From the NCBI GenBank assembly GCA_040757625.1, contig JBFLWU010000017.1, positions 13,937 to 77,936 of the forward strand: 64,000 bases of DNA. The letters are read 5' to 3'. The position numbers were made by a program, and so were the translations under genes. Numbering within the stretch: the first letter of the stretch is position 1; each line of letters opens with the position of its first letter. The stretch is from Thermodesulfobacteriota bacterium (GTDB lineage Bacteria; Desulfobacterota; Desulfobacteria; Desulfobacterales; JARGFK01). Below the pieces are notes generated by a model. It searched no databases. It saw nothing but the letters and a program-made list of their open reading frames with translations, and was not told where the DNA came from. Shown in pieces: positions 9,910-20,430 of the stretch.

Positions 9910-10094
9910 AACTTAGGGCTGACGTTCTGACAAGTATAATTTTTCGAGTTCGGCAATATCGCCGGTTACGGTTATATGATGGCGCCGACGGATAAATTAT
10001 TAAACATATCCTATGATTTTACCCGCGCTTGGAACAACCTGTTTTCAATGTGAACCCGGAGAGGGTGAAACCGCTTGTGCCGGATTTGTTTTGG

Positions 10095-10124
10095 TTGACA
10101 CATGGTGGCATGAATTGTTACCTT
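10095..10124 (+). promoter_or_regulatory. Second candidate sigma-70 promoter for cooS
   Basis: TTGACA-18 nt-TACCTT with an extended TG. Confidence 0.4.
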
Positions 10125-10234
10125 ATTGAGCATCACGATATCTCACCATTCCGATGGGTACCTGACCTGTCCCGGTAATTTTTTACGATCAATTAACCTA
10201 TAGTCGCGTAAACCTTTCCACAAAGGGAGGACAA

Positions 10235-12214
10235 ATGGAAAAAAAGACAACCATCTCCGAAAAAAAGGATAAGGAGATTGATCCCAAGGAGCTGACGACA
10301 TGCGAGTCCACGGCCCAGATGATAATCAAAGCCCGCATCGACGGGGCGTCGCTGCAATTTGACCGGGCAGCCGATATGAAGGCCTGCCCCATCGGAAAGG
10401 ATTCGGCCTGCTGCAAGCATTGCGCCATGGGCCCCTGCCGATTGAATTCCAAAGATCCTTACGGCAAGGTCGGGGTCTGCGGCGCCACCATCGATACGAT
10501 AATGGCCCGAAATTTCGCCCGGATGGTGGCGGCGGGGACCGCCTGCCACAACGATCACGGCATGGCCATGCTGGAACTTTTCCGGGACGTGGTCAACGGC
10601 GATATCGATGAGTACGCCATCAAAGATCCTATCAAACTTGAAGAAGTCGCCGCTTCGGTAGGCATTGAAACCGAAGGCCGTGATATCCTGGATATCGCCA
10701 AGGACCTGTACCATGAACTGGAAAAAACCTACACGCAGGTAGAGGGCGAGATCCCCTTTGCCAAACGGGTCCCCCCGAAAACGCTGCAAACCTGGCGCAA
10801 GCACGGCATTGTTCCCCGCGGGGCCATGCGCGAGATCATGGAAATGATGAACCGCACCCATATGGGGGTCGACCAGGATTACCGGAACATTACCAAGCAG
10901 GCGAGCCGGACCGCACTGGTGGATGGATGGGGCGGGTCCATGGTTGCAACTGAAATCGGCGATATTCTGTTCGGGACCCCTTCGCCGGTCAGCATTGAAG
11001 TCAACATGGGGGTTCTCAAGGAGGACCAGGTCAACATTATCGTTCACGGGCATGAACCCAATCTGTTTGAATCCATGATTGCCTCGGTGAATGAACCGAG
11101 CCTGATTGCGGCCGCCAAACAGGCGGGCGCCAGGGGGATCAACCTGGTGGGGATGTGCTGTTCCGGGCTTGAAATGCTCTCGCGGCACGGCGTACCCCAT
11201 GCCGGCAACTTTTCGTCCACTGAAGCGGTCCTGGTCACCGGTGCGGTTGATGCCATGGCGGTGGACATTCAGTGCATTCAGCAGGGGTTGGTCAAAGTGG
11301 CCGAATGTTACGGCACGCAGCTCTTTACAACCAATCCGCGCTGTAAAATCGAAGGCGCCACCCATATCGAATTTCATGAACGCGATCCCAAGGCCTGCAC
11401 CGACGAGGTCGTCATCAAGGCCATTTCACGATTCAAGAATCGAAAACTCCCGGTGGTCATTCCGAAAAAAGTCAACCGCGGGGTCCACGGATTTTCGCAT
11501 GAATACATCAACTACATGCTGGGGGGCAGCTTCCGGGCTTCCTACGCCCCGCTGAACGACAACATCATCAACGGCCGGATCAGAGGGGTTGCCGGGGTGG
11601 TGGGCTGCACCAATCCAAGGGTCAAGCAGGACTGGGTGCATGTGGAACTGGTCAAGGAACTGATTAAAAACGACGTGCTGGTCGTACAGACCGGCTGTTC
11701 CCAGATTGCGCTGGCAAAGGCCGGCATGACAACCCCGGAGGCCGCGGTACTGGCCGGTCCCGGGCTGCGCGAGGTCTGCGAAACCGTCGGGATGCCGCCG
11801 ATTCTGGGGCTGGGGGCCTGTGTCGACAACACCCGTATCCTGATTGCCTGTTCGGAAATGGTGCGCCAGGGCGGCCTGGGGGACAGCATCGCCGACCTGC
11901 CGGTTGCCGGGGCTGCGCCGGAATACATGAGTGAAAAAGCCATCGCCATCGGGCAATACTTTGTGGCGTCCGGCGTGTTTACGGTTTTCGGCGTCACCTT
12001 CCCCATCATTGAGGGGACCAAGTTCCATAAACACCTGTTTGAAGACCTTGAAAAGATGGGCTTCGGCAAATGGGGATTTTCACCTGATCCCCACGAGATG
12101 GCCCGGATGATGATCGCGCATATCGATAAAAAGCGAAAAGCCCTCGGCATCGACAAGGCCAGGGAACGCGTCCTTGTGGATATGGCCACCCGCCGGGAAA
12201 TGGAAGCCGCCTAA
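10235..12214 (+). CDS. cooS: Anaerobic Ni-containing carbon monoxide dehydrogenase catalytic subunit
   Basis: CPIGKDSACCKHCAMGPC, HGHEP, GMCC, DIQC, VVGC, TGC, GACVD, SEKA. Confidence 0.96.
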   Translation: MEKKTTISEKKDKEIDPKELTTCESTAQMIIKARIDGASLQFDRAADMKACPIGKDSACCKHCAMGPCRLNSKDPYGKVGVCGATIDTIMARNFARMVAAGTACHNDHGMAMLELFRDVVNGDIDEYAIKDPIKLEEVAASVGIETEGRDILDIAKDLYHELEKTYTQVEGEIPFAKRVPPKTLQTWRKHGIVPRGAMREIMEMMNRTHMGVDQDYRNITKQASRTALVDGWGGSMVATEIGDILFGTPSPVSIEVNMGVLKEDQVNIIVHGHEPNLFESMIASVNEPSLIAAAKQAGARGINLVGMCCSGLEMLSRHGVPHAGNFSSTEAVLVTGAVDAMAVDIQCIQQGLVKVAECYGTQLFTTNPRCKIEGATHIEFHERDPKACTDEVVIKAISRFKNRKLPVVIPKKVNRGVHGFSHEYINYMLGGSFRASYAPLNDNIINGRIRGVAGVVGCTNPRVKQDWVHVELVKELIKNDVLVVQTGCSQIALAKAGMTTPEAAVLAGPGLREVCETVGMPPILGLGACVDNTRILIACSEMVRQGGLGDSIADLPVAGAAPEYMSEKAIAIGQYFVASGVFTVFGVTFPIIEGTKFHKHLFEDLEKMGFGKWGFSPDPHEMARMMIAHIDKKRKALGIDKARERVLVDMATRREMEAA

Positions 12215-12249
12215 TCGGTCTTTCCGCACTGACAACCCAAATCGTATAA

Positions 12250-12280
12250 TACAAAGGGGCTCGGTATGGGCCCCTTTGTA
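12250..12280. terminator. Hairpin between convergent cooS and sfsA
   Basis: TACAAAGGGGCTC-GGTAT-GGGCCCCTTTGTA. Confidence 0.65.
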
Positions 12281-12281
12281 T

Positions 12282-13013
12282 TCATAATTGACAGGGTATC
12301 TTCTTGTTCAAAACGATCCGCTTCAGGTCGATTTTGACATCGTACACCAGAACTTCCACCCCGTTGTCGACCGCCTTTCGCAGCTCCCGGCCGTAGTCCG
12401 GATCGATCCGATCCGCCGGCTTGAAGAGGGCCGCGTCCATTCGCTGAATCAGAAAAAACATGACACTGCGGGCGCCGGCAGCCTTTAGTCTCTGCAGCTC
12501 CCTTAGATGCTTTTGTCCTCTGGCGGTGACCGCGTCGGGGAAACTCGCGACGCCGTCTTCAACGAGGGTGCAGTTTTTAACCTCCACATAACAAGTCCGG
12601 CCGCTGCCGTTTTTGAGCAGGAAATCCAGGCGGGAGCCGTTTCCGATAAGAACCTCGCGCAAGACCTCCGGGTATTCGGCAAGGGGATCGATTCTGCCGG
12701 CCTGAAGGGACTCAAAGACCAGTCGGTTGGGGACCAGCGTGTTCACCCCCACCAGGGATGCGGGCATGTCGATCAGTTCCCAGGTGTGAGTTAACCTGCG
12801 CCTGGGGTTGTCGTGACAGGACAGATAGACGGGCCGGCCCGGTTCGCAGCAGGCCAGCATGCTGCCGGAATTGGGACAGTGCGCCGTAACCTTTGACCCG
12901 TCTTTCATGCGCACGTCGATCAGAAAGCGCTGATAGCGGCGGATCAGGGTGGCCGGAACCAGCTCGGGCCAGAAAATTTTCCCGGCAGAGGCTGTTTGAG
13001 ATACGGTGTTCAT
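12282..13013 (-). CDS. sfsA: DNA/RNA nuclease SfsA
   Basis: RYQRFL, AHCPNSGSM, EVKN, FPDAVTARGQKHL. Confidence 0.93.
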   Translation of the reverse strand: MNTVSQTASAGKIFWPELVPATLIRRYQRFLIDVRMKDGSKVTAHCPNSGSMLACCEPGRPVYLSCHDNPRRRLTHTWELIDMPASLVGVNTLVPNRLVFESLQAGRIDPLAEYPEVLREVLIGNGSRLDFLLKNGSGRTCYVEVKNCTLVEDGVASFPDAVTARGQKHLRELQRLKAAGARSVMFFLIQRMDAALFKPADRIDPDYGRELRKAVDNGVEVLVYDVKIDLKRIVLNKKIPCQL

Positions 13014-13326
13014 CTTAAAAGGCTGTGAGGTTAGGGGTTAAAAACATAACAGTATCGATGTCTGAAGGCCAGGATCGTTTATCATAAAACAGGCTGAAGC
13101 AGAAATTATTTTTCAGGACTTTTTCGAGACGGCGGGAAAGCCTGCCCGGTTTAAAGACAATCCCCTTTAATGGGAGTGTATTTTTGGATCTTCCGGACTT
13201 CTGCTTTAATCTTGACAAACGTTTGAAACTGAATATGCTATAAGATTATTCATAGAAGGGTAAAATTTTTCATTAAAAAAACCATGGGTTATTACAAGAC
13301 AGGTTTTTCGGAATGGAGGTTGTGGA

Positions 13327-14907
13327 ATGAAAGTTCTGGTCAGTGACAATCTGGGTGAAGCGGGGATTGAAATTTTAAGGCAGGAACCGGGAATCGAGGT
13401 CGACGTTAAAACAGGGCTGCCCCCTGCGGAATTGAAGAAAATCATCGGCGGCTATGATGCCTTGGCCATTCGAAGCGCGACAAAGGTAACCGAGGACCTG
13501 TTGTCGGCCGCAAGCCGATTAAAAGTTGTCGGACGGGCGGGGATCGGTCTTGACAATGTGGATATCCCTGCCGCCACCAAACGCGGGATCGTGGTGATGA
13601 ACACCCCCGGCGGCAATGTGATCACCACCGCGGAACATACCATCGCCATGATGCTGGCACTGACGCGCAACATCCCCCAGGCGACCGCATCGCTGCGGCA
13701 GGGGCTTTGGAACAAGAAATATCTTCAGGGGCGGGAAATCTTTGATAAGACCCTGGGGGTGATCGGGTTCGGGAAGATCGGGTCGATTGTGGCGGACCGG
13801 GCCAGGGGTCTAAAAATGAGAGTGATCGTTTGTGATCCGTTTGTCACTCCCGAACTGATCGAAAAGGCCGGGTATGAATCTGTATCGCTGGAAGAATTGT
13901 ACCGGCGATCGGACTATATTACGGTCCATGTACCCAAGCTGAAGGATACCGCAGGGCTGATCAACAAAAAAGCGATCGATCAGATGAAAAACGGGGTTAT
14001 GATCATCAACTGCGCCCGGGGGGGCATCATTGATGAATGTGATCTATATGAAGCCGTCAAATCGGGAAAAGTCGCCGGGGCCGCTCTGGATGTGTTTGAA
14101 AAGGAGCCGCCCGGTAACTGCCTCCTGTTTGAACTGGACGCTGTAATCGGCACACCGCACCTGGGGGCCGAGACGCGGGAAGCCCAGGTCAATGTGGCTG
14201 TGGCCGTAGCCAACCAGATTGTTGATTTTCTAAAGAACGGCACCATCATCAATGCCGTTAACGTACCGTCGGTCACGGGCGAAATGATGACAAAACTGGG
14301 GCCCTTTTTATCGCTGGGGGATCAGATCGGATCGCTGCAGTCCCAGCTTATCAACGGACCGATCAAAGAAGCTGCTATCGAATATGCCGGCGATTTTCAC
14401 GGCCTTGACCTGTCTCCGGTGACAACGGCTGTTTTAAGGGGGCTCTTGGCCCGGATGGTCAAGGACGACGTGAATTTTGTGAATGCAAAGATCATCGCCA
14501 AGGAGCGGGGCATTAAGGTTACGGAAACAACCAGCACCAAGTCCGAAGACTACGTTAACCTGATTACCGTCAAGGTGATTACCACCGAAATGACCAGTAC
14601 GGTGTCCGGGACGATATTCGGCAAAAGCGATTCGCGGGTCGTTCGGATCAACACGTTCCGGCTGGAAATGGTGCCGAAGGGACATCTTGCCTTGATCCAC
14701 AATATCGATCGGCCGGGATCGATCGGAGAAATCGGCACCACCCTCGGCAAGCACAAGATCAACATCGGACGCATGCAGGTGGGTCAGGAAGAAGAAGGGG
14801 ACCGCAATATTATTTTTCTTTGCACGGACACGCCGATCCCGGAGGCTGTCATTGCTGAACTGCGGACATTGCCGACAGTTAAAACCGTTACCCCTCTTGA
14901 GTTTTAG
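13327..14907 (+). CDS. serA: D-3-phosphoglycerate dehydrogenase
   Basis: GRAGIGLDNVD, GFGKIG, INCARGG, TPHLGA, plus ASB and ACT domains. Confidence 0.95.
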   Translation: MKVLVSDNLGEAGIEILRQEPGIEVDVKTGLPPAELKKIIGGYDALAIRSATKVTEDLLSAASRLKVVGRAGIGLDNVDIPAATKRGIVVMNTPGGNVITTAEHTIAMMLALTRNIPQATASLRQGLWNKKYLQGREIFDKTLGVIGFGKIGSIVADRARGLKMRVIVCDPFVTPELIEKAGYESVSLEELYRRSDYITVHVPKLKDTAGLINKKAIDQMKNGVMIINCARGGIIDECDLYEAVKSGKVAGAALDVFEKEPPGNCLLFELDAVIGTPHLGAETREAQVNVAVAVANQIVDFLKNGTIINAVNVPSVTGEMMTKLGPFLSLGDQIGSLQSQLINGPIKEAAIEYAGDFHGLDLSPVTTAVLRGLLARMVKDDVNFVNAKIIAKERGIKVTETTSTKSEDYVNLITVKVITTEMTSTVSGTIFGKSDSRVVRINTFRLEMVPKGHLALIHNIDRPGSIGEIGTTLGKHKINIGRMQVGQEEEGDRNIIFLCTDTPIPEAVIAELRTLPTVKTVTPLEF

Positions 14908-14974
14908 AATGGAGTGCTTATTTGTTATAAGATAAGCTGCTGACGAGGAATGACCATCAGCCAGGAGAACAGCC

Positions 14975-15451
14975 ATGTCAGAAGAAAAAAAAGAATTTGT
15001 CGTTAAAGACCGCAGGTTTTTTTCCGAAGAAGGCAAGGATAAAGAAAAACTGAAGACCGAAAAGCCGCCGGAAGCGGGGAAAACCAAAGCGCAGCCCGCC
15101 GGAAAAGGGCCGGAGCAGGACAACAAACAGGCCGCCCAAAAGGCACAGGCGGAAGCCTCCGCCGGAGCATCCGTTTCCGAGAAGGCTTCCGAAGAAGAAA
15201 CCCAGCTGCCTGAAATAAATTTTGTGACCTTTGTGCTGTCCTTGAACGCTTCCGCCCTGGTCAATCTGGGACTGGTTGAGGACCCGGCTTCCAACACGAA
15301 GGTTAAAAATTTACCATTGGCAAAACAGACGATTGACATTCTGGGCATGCTGCAGGATAAAACCCGGGGAAACTTAAGCGCCGACGAGGAAAACCTGATA
15401 AAGCACGTTCTTTACGAACTGCGGATGATTTACGTCAGGGAAAAAAAGTAA
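14975..15451 (+). CDS. DUF1844 domain protein
   Basis: VKDRR N-terminus, LPEINF, LAKQTIDILGML..KT.GNL. Confidence 0.85.
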   Translation: MSEEKKEFVVKDRRFFSEEGKDKEKLKTEKPPEAGKTKAQPAGKGPEQDNKQAAQKAQAEASAGASVSEKASEEETQLPEINFVTFVLSLNASALVNLGLVEDPASNTKVKNLPLAKQTIDILGMLQDKTRGNLSADEENLIKHVLYELRMIYVREKK

Positions 15452-15512
15452 GACTTGTTCGGCAGTTTGATTTCGCTGAAACGGCCAGACCGGCCGGTGC
15501 AAAGGAGCTTCA

Positions 15513-16970
15513 ATGAAATTTAAGACAACTCAGCCGCATCCCGCCGCATATGTTATATTGATCCTGTTTGCAGGCCTTGCCTTCTGTCTGCAGGCGGCCT
15601 CGCGCGCGTCCGCTGCACCGCCCCCCAAGCCGGCAGGGGCCTTTTTAACCCCGGCCAGTTTCAGCGATGTCGCCGAAACGGTGAGCCCGGCGGTCGTCAA
15701 TATTCGAACGGTTAAAACCATCAAAGGCGGCGGGAGGGTATTTCGCCATTTCATGCCGGGACCTTTTGAAAAGGAAGACCCTTTCCAGGATTTTTTCAAC
15801 AAGTTCTTCGGCGAGGAACAGCAGCGGGATTACAAGCAGCGCAGCCTGGGGTCCGGGTTTATCATCGATAAAGAAGGATTTATTGTAACCAATAATCACG
15901 TGGTGGAAAACGCCGATAAAATCAAGGTCAAACTGAAAAACGGCGACGAATATGACGCCGAGATCGTTGGGCGGGACGCCAACACCGATATCGCCCTCAT
16001 TAAGATCAAGGCAAAAAACAGCCTGCCGGTATTAAAAATAGGCGATTCCGATGCCATCAAGGTGGGCCAGTGGGTCGTTGCCATCGGGAGTCCGTTTGGA
16101 TTTGAACAGACCGTCACGGCGGGAATCGTCAGCGCCAAGGGCCGCGTCATCGGCTCCGGCCCTTATGATGACTTTATCCAGACCGATGCTTCAATCAATC
16201 CGGGCAACAGCGGCGGCCCGCTCATTAACCTGGCCGGCGAGGCGGTGGGCATCAATACCGCCATTATTGCCAGCGGGCAGGGAATCGGATTTGCCATCCC
16301 CATCAACATGGCCAAAGGGATTATCGAGCAGTTGAAGACCAGCGGCGAAGTCACTCGGGGCTGGCTGGGGGTGGCCATACAGCCCATCAGCAAGGAGCTT
16401 GCCGATTACTACGGCATTAAGGACGGTAAGGGCGTGCTGGTAACAGAGGTCTTCAGCGGCGATCCCGCCGACAAGGCCGGAATCAAGCCCAGAGATATCA
16501 TCCTCGAGGTCAACAACAAAAAAATGGAAGAAAGCAGGGACCTTACCCGGATTATTGCCAATACCGCCGTGGGCGAAACCGTGACGATTAAAATCCTGCG
16601 GGATGGACAGGAAAAGCTGTTCCGGGTCGAGGTTGCCAAAAGGGAAGAGGCCAAGCTGGCTTCCCGGCAACCGGAGCAAAAACATGAGGACGCCCTGGGC
16701 ATCCGGGTAACGGACCTGACCGCCGAAGTCGCCCGGCGCTTTAATTTGAAGGAACCCGAAGGCGTTATCGTTGTCGGTGTCGAAGCCGAAAGCAAGGGGG
16801 ATGAGGCCGGTGTGCAGGTGGGAGATATCATCAAGGAGGTGAACCACCAGGCGGTTCAAACCTCGGCGGATTATGGCCGGGCGGTTGCCGGTGTTCGACC
16901 CGGAGAAACCATTCAATTGTTTATCCGGCGCATGAACACCGGATTTATTGTCGTCAAGCTGGTAAAATGA
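15513..16970 (+). CDS. Do/DegQ-family periplasmic serine endoprotease
   Basis: Signal peptide, TNNHV, DASINPGNSGGPL, two PDZ domains. Confidence 0.94.
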   Translation: MKFKTTQPHPAAYVILILFAGLAFCLQAASRASAAPPPKPAGAFLTPASFSDVAETVSPAVVNIRTVKTIKGGGRVFRHFMPGPFEKEDPFQDFFNKFFGEEQQRDYKQRSLGSGFIIDKEGFIVTNNHVVENADKIKVKLKNGDEYDAEIVGRDANTDIALIKIKAKNSLPVLKIGDSDAIKVGQWVVAIGSPFGFEQTVTAGIVSAKGRVIGSGPYDDFIQTDASINPGNSGGPLINLAGEAVGINTAIIASGQGIGFAIPINMAKGIIEQLKTSGEVTRGWLGVAIQPISKELADYYGIKDGKGVLVTEVFSGDPADKAGIKPRDIILEVNNKKMEESRDLTRIIANTAVGETVTIKILRDGQEKLFRVEVAKREEAKLASRQPEQKHEDALGIRVTDLTAEVARRFNLKEPEGVIVVGVEAESKGDEAGVQVGDIIKEVNHQAVQTSADYGRAVAGVRPGETIQLFIRRMNTGFIVVKLVK

Positions 16971-17806
16971 AATTATTTTCACCGGCAAAGATCAACCTGT
17001 TTTTACATATTCTCGGCAAACGCCCGGACGGTTATCACAACCTGGTGACGCTGATGTGCTGCGTGGGGTTGTATGATATCGTTCGGCTTGATTTCAGCGT
17101 CAGGGACGTTTCCGTTGCCTGTAACCATCCATTGGTGCCGCTGGACCATACCAACCTGGCCTGCCGGGCGGCAAAACGGTTTTTCGACCATATCAACCGA
17201 AAAGAGGGCGTCGGAATCAGCATTGAAAAGCAGATTCCCGTCGGTGCGGGGCTGGGAGGCGGCAGCAGCAACGCCGCAACGGTCCTGCTGGGATTGAACC
17301 GTTTTTACGGGCTCCCGCTTTCACGGGAACAGTTGATAGCGCTGGGGGTGTCCATCGGTGCCGATGTGCCTTTTTTTATCGATCAGAAACCGGCGATTGC
17401 ATCCGGGGTGGGTGAAATACTGGAACCCTGCAGCGGAATTGAACCGTATACGGTCCTGTTGGTTTTTCCGGGATTCAGCATATCCACCGCCGAAATGTTT
17501 AAAAATTTTAATTTCAGATTGACAAAGGACATAGAAAAAATTAAAATTCCGTTTTTTAGAAATAGGAATTTTGATATCAAGCGGGATCTGCATAATGATT
17601 TTGAAAAGATCGCTGAGGAAAAGCACCCGGAACTCGCTTCGATCAAAAATGTTCTTTTAAAACACGGTGCGATGGGCGCGCTGATGACAGGCAGCGGATC
17701 CGCTGTATTTGGTCTTTACCGTGACCGGGAGAGTGCCGAAAAGGCGTATTCCACCCTTTGCCGGCACGAAGGCCGGCAGCTTTTTGTTGCCGATGTTATT
17801 TTGTAA
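16967..17806 (+). CDS. ispE: 4-diphosphocytidyl-2-C-methyl-D-erythritol kinase
   Basis: PAKINLFL, IPVGAGLGGGSSNAA, GADVPFF, MTGSGS. Confidence 0.95.
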   Translation: MKLFSPAKINLFLHILGKRPDGYHNLVTLMCCVGLYDIVRLDFSVRDVSVACNHPLVPLDHTNLACRAAKRFFDHINRKEGVGISIEKQIPVGAGLGGGSSNAATVLLGLNRFYGLPLSREQLIALGVSIGADVPFFIDQKPAIASGVGEILEPCSGIEPYTVLLVFPGFSISTAEMFKNFNFRLTKDIEKIKIPFFRNRNFDIKRDLHNDFEKIAEEKHPELASIKNVLLKHGAMGALMTGSGSAVFGLYRDRESAEKAYSTLCRHEGRQLFVADVIL

Positions 17807-17827
17807 CACGTGAGCCGATTTTATTAC

Positions 17828-17902
17828 TGGGGCGTCGTCAAGCGGAAAGACACAGGATTTTGGTTCCTGCATTCGGAGGTTCGAATCCTCCCGCCCCAGC
17901 CA
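17828..17902 (+). tRNA. tRNA-Gln (anticodon TTG)
   Basis: Acceptor stem TGGGGCG/CGCCCCA, anticodon arm CAGGA-TTTTGGT-TCCTG, GGTTCGAATCC, encoded CCA, usual ispE-prs position. Confidence 0.96.
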
Positions 17903-17924
17903 TGATGTCTGCAACCTGTGAATG

Positions 17925-18043
17925 GAGACCTTTGCAAAAGTCCCCCTTTCGCTCGATTTCGGCATCCGGCTCAAATCTAATCCATCCATGGCGGGATCGC
18001 CTTCTTTGAACGTGAACGAAAATGAGCATTTTTTAAGGGTTTC
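17925..18043 (+). mobile_element. MITE-like element family A, copy 3 (degenerate)
   Basis: GAGACCTTTGCAAAAG...CCCTTTCGCTCGATTTCGGCATC...CGCCTTCTTTGAACGTGAACGAAA...AAGGGTTTC aligns with 5780-5921. Confidence 0.72.
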
Positions 18044-18060
18044 AAACGGTGGTGACTTGA

Positions 18061-18999
18061 ATGGAAGAATTTATAATTTTTACGGGAAATTCCAATCCGG
18101 CTTTTTCACAGAAAATTTGTGAATATCTCAATATTGAACTCGGCGGCGCAAAGGTTAAAAGATTCAGCGACGGCGAAGTGCAGATAGAAATTGATGAAAA
18201 TGTCCGATCCAAGGATGTTTTTGTTATTCAGGCGACCTGTGCGCCGGTCAACGATAATCTGGTGGAGCTGCTGTTGATGATCGACGCTTTTAAGCGTTCT
18301 TCCTCAAGCCGGATAACCGCTGTGATTCCTTACTACGGCTATTCCCGCCAGGACAAAAAGGTCGCCCCGCGGGTACCCATCAGCGCCAAGCTGGTTGCGG
18401 ACTTGCTGACGGTCGCAGGCGCCGACCGGATTATCACCATGGATTTGCACGCCGGCCAGATTCAAGGATTTTTTAATATTCCGGTGGACAACCTGTTTGC
18501 GGCGCCGGTTCTTATCAATTACATGAAGAACAGCTTTAATCAGGACCTGGTGATTGTTTCACCGGATGCCGGGGGGGTTGAAAGGGCGCGGGCATTTGCC
18601 AAACGGCTGAATGCGGGCCTGGCTATTATCGACAAGCGCAGGGACGCTCCCAATAAAGCCAAAGCCATGGCGGTTATCGGGGATGTGACCGGAAAAACCA
18701 CCGTTATTCTCGACGACATGGTGGATACCGCCGGGACCCTGACGGAGGCCGCCAGTGCGCTTATGAGCAAAGGAGCGGCAGAAGTTCACGCCTGCTGTGC
18801 GCACCCTATCCTGTCCGGGCCGGCTGTTGACAGGATTGCGGCGTCGGAATTGAAAAGTCTTGTGGTTACGGACACGATTCCGTTAAGGGCTGCGGCCGCC
18901 GACTGCGGCAAAATAAAGGTACTATCGGTTACGGAATTGTTTGGAGAGGCGATTATCCGGTGCCATCGAGGGGATTCGGTAACGTCTCTCTTTGTTTAA
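18061..18999 (+). CDS. prs: Ribose-phosphate pyrophosphokinase
   Basis: [41 protein letters not shown]. Confidence 0.97.
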   Translation: MEEFIIFTGNSNPAFSQKICEYLNIELGGAKVKRFSDGEVQIEIDENVRSKDVFVIQATCAPVNDNLVELLLMIDAFKRSSSSRITAVIPYYGYSRQDKKVAPRVPISAKLVADLLTVAGADRIITMDLHAGQIQGFFNIPVDNLFAAPVLINYMKNSFNQDLVIVSPDAGGVERARAFAKRLNAGLAIIDKRRDAPNKAKAMAVIGDVTGKTTVILDDMVDTAGTLTEAASALMSKGAAEVHACCAHPILSGPAVDRIAASELKSLVVTDTIPLRAAAADCGKIKVLSVTELFGEAIIRCHRGDSVTSLFV

Positions 19000-19028
19000 A
19001 ATTTTATCCTTTCAGGGAGGTTTATACT

Positions 19029-19691
19029 TTGGAAATAATTGATTTAAAGACAAATATCAGAACGGGCCGGGGAAACGGGGCTGCCAGGGTCTTGCGACGC
19101 AGCGGCCATATCCCAGCGGTCTTATATGGGCCGGGAAAAGAACCCGTTATGCTGTCCGTGAGTAACGGCGATCTGGAGCAGGTGTTGAAAAAAAGCACCG
19201 CCGGCGAGGTGTTAGTGAACCTGACGATCCAGAATGGTGAAGCCACCAATCGTACCGCCATGATTCGGGAAATGCAGACCCATCCGGTTTCACGGAAATT
19301 TCTACATGTCGATTTTTATGAAATCGCCCTGGACCGCAAACTCCGCGTCGGTGTGCCTATCGTAACAAAAGGAAGGGCAAAAGGGGTCGAGGTGGGCGGC
19401 GTCCTGCAGATTGTCAGGCGTGAAATCGAGGTGCTCTGCCTGCCGCTCGAGATTCCGGATTCAATCGAACTGGATATTAGCGACCTTGATATCGGTGATG
19501 CCATCCATGTTCAGGACATTCCTTTAACAGAGGGGCTAGAACTGCCTGACGATACCAATTTTACGATATTGACCGTCGTCAGCCCGAAGAGAGAAGAAGT
19601 GCCGGCTGCCGAAGCTGAAGAAGGCGTTGAAGAAGAAGGCGAAGGCGCCGAGAAAAAAGCATCTGAATCGGAAGACGAAGGTAAGGAATAG
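19029..19691 (+). CDS. rplY: 50S ribosomal protein L25/Ctc
   Basis: TTG start at 19029 after AGGGAGG. IPAVLYG, HVDFY, acidic tail. Confidence 0.93.
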   Translation: MEIIDLKTNIRTGRGNGAARVLRRSGHIPAVLYGPGKEPVMLSVSNGDLEQVLKKSTAGEVLVNLTIQNGEATNRTAMIREMQTHPVSRKFLHVDFYEIALDRKLRVGVPIVTKGRAKGVEVGGVLQIVRREIEVLCLPLEIPDSIELDISDLDIGDAIHVQDIPLTEGLELPDDTNFTILTVVSPKREEVPAAEAEEGVEEEGEGAEKKASESEDEGKE

Positions 19692-19736
19692 TCGACTTTC
19701 CCTGTCGGACACGATATTGCCCAACAGGATCTGAAC

Positions 19737-20324
19737 ATGTCATCGCAAAAAATCCGCCTGCTCATAGGGCTGGGGAACCCGGGCGACGCCTATAGAGAAA
19801 CCCGCCATAACGCCGGCTTTCTGGTATTGGATAAGGTTGCCGAAACGTTTTCCATCGTCATGGGTAGAAAAAAGTTTGATGTCGTCATGGGGCGCGGATT
19901 GATTGGAAGCCACGAGGTGATTCTGGCAAAGCCCCAAGCCTACATGAACCGCAGCGGCCCGCCTGTTTTAATGCTTGCCGACTATTTTAAAATATCCTCT
20001 GAGGAAATGCTGATTGTTCATGACGATATTGACCTGGCCTTTGGACGAATCAAAATAAAAGAACATGGGGGACATGGCGGGCACAACGGTTTAAGGTCCC
20101 TGATCGAGGCTTTTGGTTCTGGAAATTTTGTCCGGCTGCGGGTAGGCATCGGGCGTTCCGAGGCTTTCACCGTTACGGATCACGTCCTGGGAAGGTTTAG
20201 TGCCGATGAAAACGCGGTGCTTGACCAGGTCATCGGCAAGGCCGGCGATGCCGTTGTCACAATCCTGAACAAAGGCATCCGGGAAGGGATGAACACGTTC
20301 AATCAACGCAAGGTTATTACCTGA
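19737..20324 (+). CDS. pth: Peptidyl-tRNA hydrolase
   Basis: GLGNPG, TRHNAGF, YMNRSG, HDDID, GGHNGL, RLRVGI. Confidence 0.96.
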   Translation: MSSQKIRLLIGLGNPGDAYRETRHNAGFLVLDKVAETFSIVMGRKKFDVVMGRGLIGSHEVILAKPQAYMNRSGPPVLMLADYFKISSEEMLIVHDDIDLAFGRIKIKEHGGHGGHNGLRSLIEAFGSGNFVRLRVGIGRSEAFTVTDHVLGRFSADENAVLDQVIGKAGDAVVTILNKGIREGMNTFNQRKVIT

Positions 20325-20430
20325 GCACTTTGAGAATGGATGAATTCTTCCATCACGGTCAATCTTCGGGTATTGCATGACCGGGTTGCAGCTCCGGGGG
20401 ACAAATTACAGGCAGCGCGATGGCTGCCGT

